Assembly (NCBI GenBank): GCA_035221665.1
Contig: CM069142.1
Span: 34,472,001-34,536,000 of the forward strand
From: Okamejei kenojei
Taxonomy: Eukaryota
Reading direction: 5' to 3'
Length of the DNA: 64,000 nt
Shown here: positions 14,001 through 25,489 of the stretch, in pieces
How positions within the stretch are numbered: position 1 is the stretch's first letter
Layout: each line of letters starts with the position of its first letter
The notes under the pieces: generated by a model
The model's database searches: none
The model's input: only the letters and a program-made list of their open reading frames with translations
What the model was told of the DNA's origin: nothing
Program-made: the position numbers and the translations under genes

Positions 14001-17000
14001 TATCCTGAAGGTATACATAGAATAAATAAAAGCTTTATTGGAATAATTAAATTCTCCAAATTCAAAATCCTGTGATTTTCTATAAAGAAAAAAAAAATTA
14101 CTTACAGAATTATACAAATGAGCCGTCCGACCCAACCTAGTCAATGGTGGATATGCGGTGCTGGAGTTACTCAGCAGGTCAGGCAGCATCTCTGGAAAAC
14201 ATGGATAGGTGACGTTGGTCCCAACCCAAAACATCCCCTATCCATGTTCTCCAGAAATGCTGCTGGACCTGCTGAGTAACTCCAGCACCGCATGTCCTTT
14301 TGTGTAAACCAACATCCGCAGTTCCTTGCTTCCACTGTGAAAGGTGGAATTTATTTTCCAGTAGCAACTCTTCCACCTTTTCCTAATATGATTATATTAT
14401 GTGTTCTAAATGTGGACTAGCTAAGTTTCATAATAAAACTTACTTTGATTCGACCTCAAGTTATGTTTTGCAAAACTTCTCCACTTTTGTCTCTTTGGAA
14501 ATGAACACACAATCTTAGTTCACTTTTATTTTGTCATTAGTGAGGTTATGATTTGAATATTTGTTCTGTAAAATCTCTGAGTTCTTCGAATTCATTTAAA
14601 TTCCACAAATAATATGTTGAGTTTTGAGTTTCGTTCATTGTCACGTGCACCGAGGTACAGTGAAAAGCTTCTGTTGTGTGCTAACCAGTGATAACACATC
14701 ATATATTGGAGTGCTGGAGGATGGGAAGTGATTTAAATGGGTACATGGATGGGAACGGTTTAGAGGGACGTGGGCGGGTGGGACTAGTGTAGATGGGGTA
14801 TCTTGGTCGCCAGGGACTTCCACCCTCGCTTGTATCCACCTATCACTCACCAGGCTTTGCCTCAATCCAACTCACTTTTCCAGCTTTCTCCCGCCTACTG
14901 CAATCATTCCAAAGAAGAGTCTTGAGCTGGCCCGCTGAGTTCCTCCAGCACTTTGTGTTGCTCTACTCTGTACTCCTCTGGGTCTCCCTCCATCATTAAT
15001 TTAGCTTATTGAGTTAAAAAATACAATGTGGAAACAGGCCTTTGAGCCCACCGAAGCCACGCCGACCAGCGATCACCCCATACACTATTCCTATCCTTCA
15101 CCTAAGGGCCAATTTACAAAAGCAAATTAACCTACAAACCTGTACGTCTTTGGAGTGTAGGTGGAAAGCAGAGCACCTGGAGAAAATCTACCACTGCGCT
15201 ACTGTGCCACCTCACGTTGCCTCTAAGTTTATTTATTATTTCTGGCTGTTTCTATTTTCTTCCTCCAAGGGAACCTTCAGACTGTTGAACACCACACATC
15301 ACTACATCACTACCCCAGCAACAGCGGACTAAAATGGACCTTGTTTTAGTTGCGCTGTAGAACTTTGGTTTTGCACTATTATGATCTAGTTGCCTAACAG
15401 TACTGATCATAGATTGATAGTATTGTTCATTATTGTATATTTATTTGAATCCTTTACGTTAATGGACCTGTTACGCTGCAGCAAGTAAGAAACTCATTGT
15501 TCCGTTGCCGCCACATATGACAATTAAACACTCTCGGCTCTTGAATTCCATTATTTTTCTTATCACTGAAATTAAACTATTGGGATTATTGTTCCCTGGA
15601 GATATTTCACTTCCCTTTTCAAATTTCCCATTACCCAAGCTATTGCACAGACCCTTGGCATCTATTTAAAGCAAATTGTTATGTGTAATTGTGTTTCTGT
15701 TTTCCTGGATTCTCTCCCTTACCAGAGTCAACCATTCAGATCAAGACTTTGATTGTCTTCATTTGATTAGCTTTTTATTTTAAATGCGGCTTTATTATTT
15801 TAATCTCGCGTTTTGATGCTGTGTCAGCAGATTCCCTGATAAATGCCAAAACTAAATAATTACTTCATATATCTTATTTTTAATACTGCATTCTGTGATT
15901 TAATCCTGTCATAGACCGTAGAACATTGAACAGTACAGCGCAGGAGCAGGCCATTCGGCCCACAATGCCCATGCCAAACACAATGCCAAATGAAAATAAC
16001 CTCTGCCTGCATGTGATGCATATCCCTCCGTGGGGTCAGCCCACTCCACGACAGAAGGGGGAGGATTTGTAGTTTAGTTTAGAGATACTGCGTGGAAACA
16101 GGCCCTTCGGCCCACCGAGTCTGTGCCAACCATTGACCCCCACACACAAATACTATCCTACACACTCTGGGGACAATTTACAATTTTACTAAAGCCAATC
16201 CTGTACGTCTTTGGAGTGTGGGTGGAAACTGGAGCACCCAGAGAAAACCCACGCAGTCACAGGGAGAACGTACAAACTCCATACAGACAGCACCCGTGGT
16301 CAGGATTGAACCGGGGACACTGGCGCTGTGAGGCAGCAATGCTACTGCTGTGCCGCCTGTATTGCAACTTTCCTTTTACTTGACATTTGTCAAGTCTTTC
16401 ACGTTTTTCTTTTGTCTTTTGATGAAGTAATTCAGTTGTTTTTATTTGCCTTCCAAATTGATTTTGTTAAAAATCATTTTCTCTAATAATCTTTTGTAAT
16501 CTTTATTATTGTTCTTCCCTGCTGTTCATGTACCAAGTTTGATACTTTCTTTTCACTCATTTTCATTCCTCCTGCATCTTAATTCATCCGTAGGGCTTAG
16601 TTTGTTTTTATTTGAGTAGCCTATATTTTCCTGGCCTCTGTTGGAAGCTCGTTTATATGTTCCCCACTGTTTTTCAATCTTATTTTCTGCCAACAATATT
16701 GTGTATTTTATTTACCAGGTTCTAGTCTTATACCCTTGACGCTGTCTGGTCTCCATTCTGTGGCAGGCTCATTATCTTACCCATGTCCTCAATAATTATC
16801 TTAACGCATGTTATATTATTTGGGCACTTGAAGAAGGGCCCTGACTAGAAACGGCACCTGTCCATTCATTCCACGGATACTGCCTGACTCGTCGAGTTCC
16901 TCCAGCGCTTTACGCTTTGCTCAAGATTCCTGCATCTGCAGTTCCTAGTGTCTTTATATTATTTGGCACATCCATAGAACACCCATGTTCTCTAGAGATG

Positions 17001-20000
17001 CTGCCTGACCCTCTGACTTACTCCAGCAATCTGTCTTATTTTGTAGACCCAGCATCTGCAGTTCCTTGTTTTAATATTATCTGGTATTGTTTTATTAAAA
17101 GACCATAGGACACAGGAATGTTCAGCCCATCTAGTCTACTCCGCCATTCAATCATGGCTGATCTAGTTTTCCCTCTCAACCCTGTTCTTCTGCCTTCTCG
17201 CTGTAACCTTTAATGTGCTCACTAATGGAGAACATCAATCTTTGTTTTAAAAATACCCAATGACTTGGCCTCCACTGCTGCCTGTGGCAATGAATTCCAC
17301 AGATTCATCATCTTTGGCTAAATAAATTCCTCCTCGTCTCCATTCTATTGTCACGTGTCCCGAGGTACAGTGAAAAGTTCTTGTTTGTGTGTTATCCAGT
17401 TAAATTACCCCTTGGTCACATTTTCTCTTTTTGTAATGGTACAGCACGCCAACACCCCTTAAGTGATACGTTTGTTTATTAATGTGAAGGAAGAAACTGC
17501 AGATGCTGGTTTAAACCGAAGATAGACACAAAAAGCTGGAGTAACTCAGCGGGACAGGCAGCAACTCTGGAGAGAAGGAATGGGTGACGTCTTGGGTCGA
17601 GACCCATTTCTCTTTCCAGTGAATTTCAGTCTGAAGAAGATTCTCGACCTGAAACGTCACCCATTCCTTCTCTGCAGAGATGCTGCCTGTCCCGCTGAGT
17701 TACTCCAGATTTGTGTGTATCTTCTGTTTGTTTATTAATAATGCTTAGCTGATGGATAATGTAAGTGAATGATTTAGAACATTTATTCGCTTAGAATTAG
17801 AGTTCTGTTATTATACGTATTACAAGTTAAAGTGTCTGCGACCGTGGGTATATTGATGGATAGTTGTTGATAAATGTAGGAACGGGAACTGCAGATGCTG
17901 CTTTACAAAAGAGACACAAAGTGCTGGAGTAACTCAGTGGGTTGGGCACCATCTCTGGTGGACATGGATCGGTGATGTTTCTGGTCAGGCCCCTTCCTCA
18001 AGTGTCCTCCAGAGATGCTGCCCGACCCGCTGAGTTACTCCAGAACTTTGAGTCTTTTCGTGATTACTCTAGGGTTTTTTTTAACTGGTTTTCCTAATTT
18101 ATTTGCACACTCAATTTACATCAAGTGCTGGTTTAGTTTGTATTACTGATGGAGCCATGCTGCTGCTATTTTATCCGGTGGATGCTAATACTGAAGTACT
18201 TTCCACATTGAAGTTGCCTCAGGACACTAGACACGCGAGCCAAGACCAAATCATTGGCTTATGGGCACGCAAATTTAATTACTTATTTTATAATCTCCAT
18301 TCAAATGAACATAATTATTCAGAGCTCTTTATTGCTCCTAATGATTCATTCAACAGAGGCTACCTACTGCTTGAATCATCTTGCTAATCCCTACTTTATT
18401 CAGTAAGACCTTGGAGGTACAGCACGGAAACAGGCCCTTCGGCTCAACGGGTCTGCACCGACCACCGATCATCCCACACACTAGCGCTACCCGACACAAT
18501 TTACAATTTTACCGAAGCCAATTAACCTGTAATTCTTTGGAGAGTTGGAGGGAACCAGAGCACCCGGAGAAAATCCACATGGTCACAGGGAGCACGTACA
18601 CACTGCGTACAGACAGCACCCATAGTCAGGTTCGAACCAGGATCTCTGGCGCTGTAAGGCAGCAGCTCTACCGCTGTGCCACTGTACCGCTCCATTTGTA
18701 AAGAGATAACCAGATGGGAGTACATGTTGAGGGACTCACTGAAGCTCGGTGGGGGAGGACAACACTCAAGGAGCCTTCCGCTGCTGGACAATGAGGGGGC
18801 TGAGCCTGGTGGGAAGGGATATCACCCCAGAGGACCACATGAGCGGCAAGGGTATCTTGTTTAATGATAGGCGCAACACAGTTGACAGTACAGTGGTGCA
18901 GCGGGTAGAGCCACTGCCTCACAGCGCCAGAGACCTGGGTTCGATCCTGACCTCGGGTGCCAAATTCTGTGTGGAGTTTGCATGTTCTCCCTGTGACTGC
19001 CTGGGTTTGCTCTGGGTGCTCCCACATCGTAAAGACGTGCGGGTTAGTGGGTTAATTGACCCTCTGTAAATTGCCACTGGTGTGTAGGGAGTGGATGAGA
19101 AAATGGGATAACTTTGACCTAATGTAAACGGGTCAGCATGGCCTTGGTGGGCCAAAGTGCCTGTTCCCATGCTGTATCTCTGAAACTAAACTGCTGAGTA
19201 TGACACTATTAGAGTAATGGAGTCGTACAGCATGGAAATGGGCTCTTCAGCCCAAGCTGACCAACGTCACATTTACACTAGTTCCACCTGAATGCATTTG
19301 GCCCATATCCCTCTAAACCTATCCTATCCATGTACCTATTCAAACATTTGTTGAAATGTTGTGACAGTACCTGCCTCAACAACCTCCTCTGGCAGCTTGT
19401 CCCACCATGCTCTGTGTGAAAAAGATGGCTTCAGGTTCCTATTGAATCTTTACCTCCTCGCCTTAAACCAATGTCCTCTGGTTCTTTATTCTGATTAAAT
19501 GTGTAGACACTGAGAATGAATGAAGACTTTTTGCAGTTTTTTATTTTTTATTTTTTTTTTTAATTTTGAATGATGTTTGTTTGAATAACAAGACCATGGG
19601 TACTCAAAAACAGAATATATTTTAGATGGTAGGATTTGAAGAGAAGCTCTCTTGAGCACTTCCTCCAAATGCAAATGTGTGAATCTTTCTTTAGATGCAG
19701 TCCTGGCCGTTGAACTTCTTCATTCTTTGATCCGATGCCTGCATTGTGGTTAAATTGAAGAAGTGAAAATCTCCCTCCTGATATAGTTTTAGTAGTTCTG
19801 GTTGCCTATTGGCACTTCACAGTCTTTTAAATAACTATACCCTGGGTATAATCAAACTAAACCTCAATCCCTAGTACAACCCAGGCAGTTGGTAGCTTGG
19901 ATTGGAGTTTAGTTGGAGTTTGTACTGTTTGATATCCTGATAGTTGGGAAGAAACGTTTGATATGCAGTTCATTGTTTCAAAGAACATTACCACTGCTAA

Positions 20001-20244
20001 CAAGATTTTTGCCTCTTTATTTCCAGCTGTTACACTCCACACCAAAGCCTGTGCCTCTCCATCCCTCTTCTACTTCCTATTTATCTACCCGTTCATCATC
20101 GCCATAGTTCTCTTCGTCCTCATTGTCTACTTTTACCTGAACCCGAAAAAGCCGCAGAAATCTTCTCAAGAAAATAATTTTTGGGCACCGATTGAACCCA
20201 TCGGTGACGATCTGAAAAATGAAGAGGATACAAGTGTGATATGA
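1636..20244 (+). CDS. EWI-family Ig superfamily type I membrane protein (CD101/IGSF2- or IGSF3-like), 5'-partial; join(1636-2043,7363-7743,9122-9526,10183-10584,11576-11986,13067-13480,20027-20244)
   Basis: Seven exons with canonical AG/GT ends, all phase 1, joining in one frame. Six V-set Ig domains (C..W..D-x-G-x-Y/F-x-C, EW motifs) collinear with recalled IGSF3/CD101 sequences, then TM and a short tail. Orthology CD101 vs IGSF3 is not resolved. Confidence 0.93.
2070..2497 (-). mobile_element. CR1 (HER1-like) LINE 3' fragment
   Basis: Same tail and ORF2 end as the CR1 at 58010-58890. Confidence 0.8.
2500..3770 (+). mobile_element. Two head-to-tail non-autonomous Helitron-like units
   Basis: Subterminal hairpin remnant (gaatccaatgggtcc) plus CTAG at 3167-3170, followed directly by tatatat..attactgaaac; the 3' block 3078-3140 recurs at 3636-3765. 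Confidence 0.6.
2620..3060 (+). repeat. Polypurine (G/A) low-complexity tract
   Basis: Almost only G and A, with many G3-G7 runs. Confidence 0.9.
3771..3950. other. Assembly gap
   Basis: Run of N. Confidence 1.
5235..5655 (+). mobile_element. Penelope-like element remnant (end of GIY-YIG domain plus pyrimidine-rich 3' region)
   Basis: Homologous to 50340-50516 ([27 protein letters not shown]). Confidence 0.75.
6050..7262 (-). mobile_element. Rex1/Babar-type LINE, 5'-truncated, frameshifted RT
   Basis: [55 protein letters not shown]. Confidence 0.88.
7363..7743 (+). CDS. Exon: Ig V domain (domain 3)
   Basis: tttgcag|GTAAGGAG...CCAC|gtaagg; [37 protein letters not shown]; 381 nt. Confidence 0.92.
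7805..8122. repeat. Degenerate AT-rich minisatellite, about 35-39 bp x 8
   Basis: Recurring unit like gatacagtaatagataaaa..gcattttgtagtgttta. Confidence 0.7.
8670..9035 (+). mobile_element. CR1 LINE 3' fragment
   Basis: [38 protein letters not shown]. Confidence 0.85.
9122..9526 (+). CDS. Exon: Ig V domain (domain 4)
   Basis: ttcacag|AGGCC...CTGG|gtgagc; [31 protein letters not shown]; 405 nt. Confidence 0.93.
10183..10584 (+). CDS. Exon: Ig V domain (domain 5)
   Basis: ttgacag|AAAGC...CCAG|gtaagg; [32 protein letters not shown]; 402 nt. Confidence 0.93.
11576..11986 (+). CDS. Exon: Ig V domain (domain 6)
   Basis: tctgcag|TAAGC...CCAG|gtaaac; [36 protein letters not shown]; 411 nt. Confidence 0.93.
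12353..12647 (+). mobile_element. HE1-like V-SINE, full length
   Basis: A box (tggcacagcagt), B box (ggtttgatcc), V-domain, CR1-like tail. Confidence 0.88.
13067..13480 (+). CDS. Exon: membrane-proximal Ig V domain (domain 7)
   Basis: tctgcag|ATGCC...TCAG|gtaatg; [46 protein letters not shown]; 414 nt. Confidence 0.93.
13506..13792 (+). mobile_element. HE1-like V-SINE
   Basis: Same head, V-domain and tail; starts about 25 nt after the exon donor. Confidence 0.88.
16070..16358 (-). mobile_element. HE1-like V-SINE
   Basis: Reverse-complement match to the SINE family. Confidence 0.85.
17484..17725. mobile_element. Penelope-related fold-back element with hammerhead-like core
   Basis: Inverted arms (acacaaaaagctggagtaactcagcgggacaggcagc / gctgcctgtcccgctgagttactccag); CTGAAGA 17631-17637, GAAACGTC 17651-17658; 14-bp TSD gtttgtttattaat (17470-17483, 17726-17739). 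Confidence 0.75.
18410..19192. mobile_element. Divergent SINE pair (18410-18690 minus, 18885-19192 plus) around a Tx1-type 3' fragment (18715-18870 plus)
   Basis: SINE consensus matches; [11 protein letters not shown] matches the Tx1-type fragment at 56.7-57.0 kb. Confidence 0.75.
20027..20244 (+). CDS. Terminal coding exon: stalk, transmembrane helix, cytoplasmic tail, stop
   Basis: tttccag|CTGTT; [45 protein letters not shown]...EEDTSVI-TGA; C-x-S-x-x-LFYF..YPF motif as recalled in IGSF3/CD101. Confidence 0.9.
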
Positions 20245-22679
20245 CGCACTGAATGAATGGTCTTTGCGCCTCTCTGTTGTGGATGAAGTGTGTCATTAAA
20301 TGACAGCCAGATAATATGTTGCTGGGGAGATGTTCACACAATCTGCATCTGAAGCTACCCACTCAACGTAAATGTCGGTTGTCTTCATTTAAAGTTGGCA
20401 TTCACAACTCTTGCCAAATGAGGATTGTTTAAATTGTTTAAATGAATCATCACTGGTTGAAAGCTCATCTTCGTTCCAATGCTGAAGAAGAGTCAGAAAC
20501 TGAAGAGAGATCCTGAAGATAGGAAATGTTGCCTATCCATTTTCCTCCACACATGACCTGCTGAGTTCCTCCAGCACTTTGTGTTTTGCTCAAGACTCCA
20601 GCATCTGCAGTTCTTTGAGTCTACCCTTCCAATTCATTCCCTTCCAGTATTTTATCTGTATAATTTGTTCCTCATAATTTTAATTGTGCATTTTTAGACA
20701 CAAACTAAACCAGTCTGAAGAAGGGACGCGACCCAGAACGTCGCCTATCCATGTTCTCCAGAGAGAGCAAAACATAGAAACATAGAAAAAATAGATGCAA
20801 GAGTAGGCCATTCGGCCCTTCGAGCCAGCACCGCTATTCAATATGATCATGGCTAATCATCTAAAATCAATACCCTGTTTCAGTTTTTTCCCATATCCCT
20901 TGATTCCTTAAGCCCTAAGAGATAAATCTAACTCTCTCTCTTGAAAGATGCTGCCTGACCTGCTGAGTTCCTCCAGCACTTTGTGTTTTAATCAATATTC
21001 CTGCATCTGCGGTTCCTTGTATCGCCGTTGTGGTTTGGCATATCCCCACTGTGCTGGGGCCAGGCGCCAACTCTTGGACAGTTGCTACTACCCTACCCCC
21101 TTTACCAGAACCCCACGCACGCATACCAGGCCATCATCTCCCAGACTCTTAAGGGGCCGCAGATGGGTCCCGGTCCGAAAAGTCGCCAATTCATTTCCTG
21201 CACAGATGCTGCCTGACTCACTGAGTTCCTCCAGCACTTTGTGTTATACTCGATACCAGCACCTGCAGTTCTTTGTGTCTACAACTTCGCTCATGATTGC
21301 TTAATCAATTTAATCTTATTATTGCCAGTATTAAACATTCTTCCGTTGGAACAACCACTTCCTAAATTGAAATTGTGTGACTCGGTTTTTGACAATACTT
21401 CTGTTTTGCTGTACCTCATTCCTTTCCATGAACTGCCCCAAATTGTATATACTGTCATATACACAATACAGAACAAGTCAGTAGATGATATTCTAGAAGT
21501 GCATGCTTTAAATTTCCCCCAGTGTGTACATAGAGAGTGAATAACATAGAACTAGTGTGAACAATTGATCGATGGTCGGCGCGGACGTGGTGGGCTGAAG
21601 GGCCTGATTCCAGTCTGTAAAGCTAAACTAAACTGAACTAAACTAGCAAAATAAAGAAGTTCCAATTGATAAGAGACAAATGCAGGACTCGATACAGAGT
21701 TCGTGAGGCAACAATCAAACTGAACACTGATTTATGAATGAAAGATGCAGCATGGAAACAGGCCCAATGGCTACTGAGTCCACACCGACCATCGATCACC
21801 CGTTCACACTAGTTCTATGTTCTCCCACTATTCTCATCTACTCCCTGTACACTAGGGGCAATTTACAGAGGGCCAATTAACTTACAAACCCACATGTCTT
21901 CACACAGGCGGAGTCTAGATGGGGAAAACCCAATTTGTATTCAAATGGATTTTGCACACTGGTTGATAAAGACTTTATGTAGACTGAATGAGGAACCTGG
22001 TTTTTTGTGTGTTTTTGTTGGTTATATAGCTTTATTACTTTTTAATACTTTTATATTTTTATAGATATGTTACTTTTACAATGAGGGAATATTTGGCTGA
22101 TTTCCTTTCAGCCTATTGCTATAAACCTGTAGAGAATGATAAATATGGAAAGGAGCGATGCTTTGTTTAGTTTAACCGTAGGGGTTGTAACATCCAGTCC
22201 TACTAAACAATCAGAGTTATAGCGTGGAAACAGGCCCTTCGACCCACCAACTCCATGCCGACCATCCATCACCTGTTCACACGAGTTCTATGTTATCTCA
22301 CTTTCTCATCCAATTCCCACACACTAAGGGGGCAATTTACAAAAGCCAATTAATCTACAAACCTACACATCTTTGAGATGTGGTAGGAAACCGGAGCACC
22401 CGGAGGAAACCCACGCAGTCACAGGGAGAACGTACAAACTCCACACACAGACTTAGGGTGCCCGAGGTCAGGATTGAACCCAGGTCTCTGGCGCTGTGAA
22501 GCAGTGGCTCTCCCAGCTGTGCGACGTCTGGATGGTGCTTCATTCTCCAATACCGATCCTTTGATGCACTGACTGCTTCCCGCTATCCACAGCTAATACC
22601 AGCCCCATTTCTCCTCCCCACCCCCATTGTCCTCTTACCATTCACTTCCATAATCCACACAATAGATTTCTTCCACTAG

Positions 22680-23982
22680 GGGGGAGCGGTGCAGTGGTAG
22701 AGTTGCTGCCTTACTGCGCCAGAGACCCGGGTTCGCTCCTGACTACGGGTGCTGTCTGTACGGAGTTTATACGTTCTACCTGTGACCTGCGTGGGTTTTC
22801 TCTGGGTGTTCAAGTTATCTCCCGCACTTCAAAGACGTACAGGTTTGAAAGACAAAAATTTTAGATGAATGTCTAAATAAACATCCGAACACAGAAAAAT
22901 TTATATCATGTATTTATAATATCCTATTGAAAAATGATGTCCCATTGACAGAAATATATAGACAAACATGGGAAAACGAATTAGGTCAAATTATTAGACC
23001 AGAAGTATGGGATGAAAGTTTACATATACACCACTGTTCGTTAAATGCTAGACACTCTCTTATACAATTTAAAATATTACACAGACTACATTACTCAAAA
23101 TCCAAACTACATAAAACTTTTTCAAATGTATCTGCCATATGTGATAAATGTCAGCACTTAGAAGTTAACTTGACACACTCGTTTACAAATTGTGTAAAAA
23201 TTACAAAATTTTGGATAGAAATATTTAGGATAATTTCGAATGTTGTTAATATGAATCTGACTCCTGACTCAAAGTTAATAATACTGGGAATACTGGAAAC
23301 AGATCAATTAATAACAACAAATCAAATAATTTTTATTGATTATGGTTTAATAATTGGGGGAAAAAACTAATATTAAAATTCTGGAAAGGTCCTACATCCC
23401 CCACAATCAAAATGTGGATTACAGGAATGTCGGAGACACTCCATCTGGAAAGATTGAGGCTTGTCCTAATGGACAGGTTGGATCTTTTCAGAGGAATATG
23501 GTCTCCATACATTGAATATCTAAAGGGTCAAAATGGCTCTGTGCGAGAGCCTGACTGGAACCTGAATAATGGAATAGATGAAGAAATACGTATAACAAAT
23601 CATGGATATATCTCCAACGATGGATAACTTTTTAATACTCCATTCACTTCTTTATTTTTGATTTCTTATCTCTATATTATTTTTCTATATCTTTTCTTAC
23701 TTATAAAAAAAATGTATAGAAATATAAATAAGTCTTAAATGTTAATATTAATAATATTACGAATGTATGGAAGAAGTATTTTCTATTAATATGTATTTAC
23801 AATTAATAAAAATATTCATCAAAGACGTACAGGTTTGTACACTAATTGGCTTCAGTAAAAATTCTAAATTATCCCTAGTGTGTGGGATCGTGTTAGTGTG
23901 CGGGGGTCGCTGGTTGGCGCAGACTCAGTGAACCGAAGGAGCCTGTTTTAATGCGCTGCATGTTTAAACTAAACTAAACTAA
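22680..23982 (+). mobile_element. HE1-like SINE split by an L1 insertion
   Basis: SINE 5' half 22680-22847, 3' half 23820-23982. Confidence 0.88.
22848..23819 (+). mobile_element. 5'-truncated L1-clade LINE (ORF2 C-terminal CCHC region plus 3' UTR)
   Basis: IQFKILHRLHY..CDKCQHLEVNLTHSFTNC; 18-bp TSD caaagacgtacaggtttg (22830-22847, 23820-23837). Confidence 0.92.
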
Positions 23983-24366
23983 AATGAGCTTTGTAAAGCT
24001 ATTTTTCCCCACATAATGGCCTAATAATCTCAGATGAAGTAGAAGCTTGTGCGAAATGTCCTTGTACTAAATTGGCATGTTCCCACCCCTCTCATCTCCA
24101 TTCTTCCACAAGCCTTTTTAAGGCAGCTTTTACAACCAGAATCTTCAGATTTGTATCTTCAGAAGAGTTACAAAAGAGTAATTATAGCCTCAGAAGAATA
24201 CTAAATCAACTCCTGATATCGTGACTTGCACCTGCACCCGAACAAATGATACGTGCGGTTGATTTTTACTGAAGAACATTCCATTTTTTAATTGTTTTTA
24301 ATTTAAAATTTATGATTGTTTCTTGTGTTGTCGAGGAAGCACTGATGTAAAAATTTGTCTTGCAAT

Positions 24367-24372
24367 AATAAA
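24367..24372 (+). terminator. Candidate polyadenylation signal of the EWI gene (3' UTR about 4.1 kb)
   Basis: AATAAA at the end of a unique AU-rich stretch, followed by TGTGTTTG; other AATAAA sites exist upstream. Confidence 0.35.
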
Positions 24373-24671
24373 ATAAGAACTAAAATGTGTTTGATTATCC
24401 CTTATTTTAGAGAGGACGCCATCACAGTAACTGATGAAAGGCAGGTGACTAATGAAATGTGGGAATGGATGTCGCAATTATTTCAGTCGATGGAGTAATG
24501 GAGCTCTCCAGCACGGAAATGGGCCCTTCGGCCCATCTTGTCCATGCCCACCAGGTTGGCCCACTGTGCTGGTCTCATTTGCCCTCTAAACCTTTCCTGT
24601 CCATATTGGACAAAGAAAGTAGTTCCTAGCTTGACACCTGATCTTCATCGCTGCAATGTGAAAACTTCCTT

Positions 24672-25223
24672 GGGGCTATCCCACTTGGGCGACCTAATTG
24701 GCGAGTTTAGGAGAGTTTGAAATGTCATGTTGAAGACCTTCTTCAACTACGCAGAAGGCCTCCTTCGACCTCCTTAAACTATGTTGAAGACTAGCGTCGA
24801 CTAGCTATAACTAACTTCGGGAAAATTGGACACTGAATAGTGGAGAGTGAAGACGATCTCCTTCAACCTCCCTTTGACCTCCCTTCGACTATGATGAAGA
24901 CTATCTACGACTACCTTCAACTACCCTCGATTATCTGCGACCAACATGCCGACCTACTAGGACCTACTATGACTAAACCTATGAGTAAAAAAAGTATCCA
25001 TTTTTTTTTCCATGGTGACCTTTTTTTTACTCACGGGCATTTTTCAACATGTTGAAAAATACGACGCGACCTAGCTGAGGCCTCGAGCACGCAGAGACCA
25101 CTCTCAAGCATGAAGGAGAGTTACAAAGACCTCCTACGACCTTGTGTCGACCATGCTGCGAGTATGAGACGAGGGCAAACTAGCCAGAACTCGTGGATTA
25201 GGTCCCTCAAGTGGGACAGCCCC
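24672..25223. mobile_element. Non-autonomous TIR element (PIF/Harbinger-like MITE)
   Basis: TIRs ggggctatcccacttg / caagtgggacagcccc; internal cttcgac-type repeats; superfamily inferred from the termini. Confidence 0.65.
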
Positions 25224-25489
25224 TTTAAGCACAAGAGAATTAAGAAACTGAACACATTGATTCAATGACACTTTGTTGCCACAGTGAAATGCTTTGCTTT
25301 GCATACAACCTAGTGAAATCATACAGCAAACCTCACCTAAACCTCACAAAGAGTTGCCACATCTTGGCACTCACAGCAGGAGGAAGATCCTGGAACACCA
25401 CCTATACATGGTCTCCAGAGATGCTGCCTGACCTGCACTTTGTGTCCTTTTGTGTAAACCGGCATCTGCAGTTCCCTGTTTCTACTCCT

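Noticed and set aside
13481-20026. Possible additional Ig exon giving an 8-domain IGSF3 layout
   Set aside because: No ORF with Ig Cys/Trp spacing; the interval is repeats and degraded LINE remnants.
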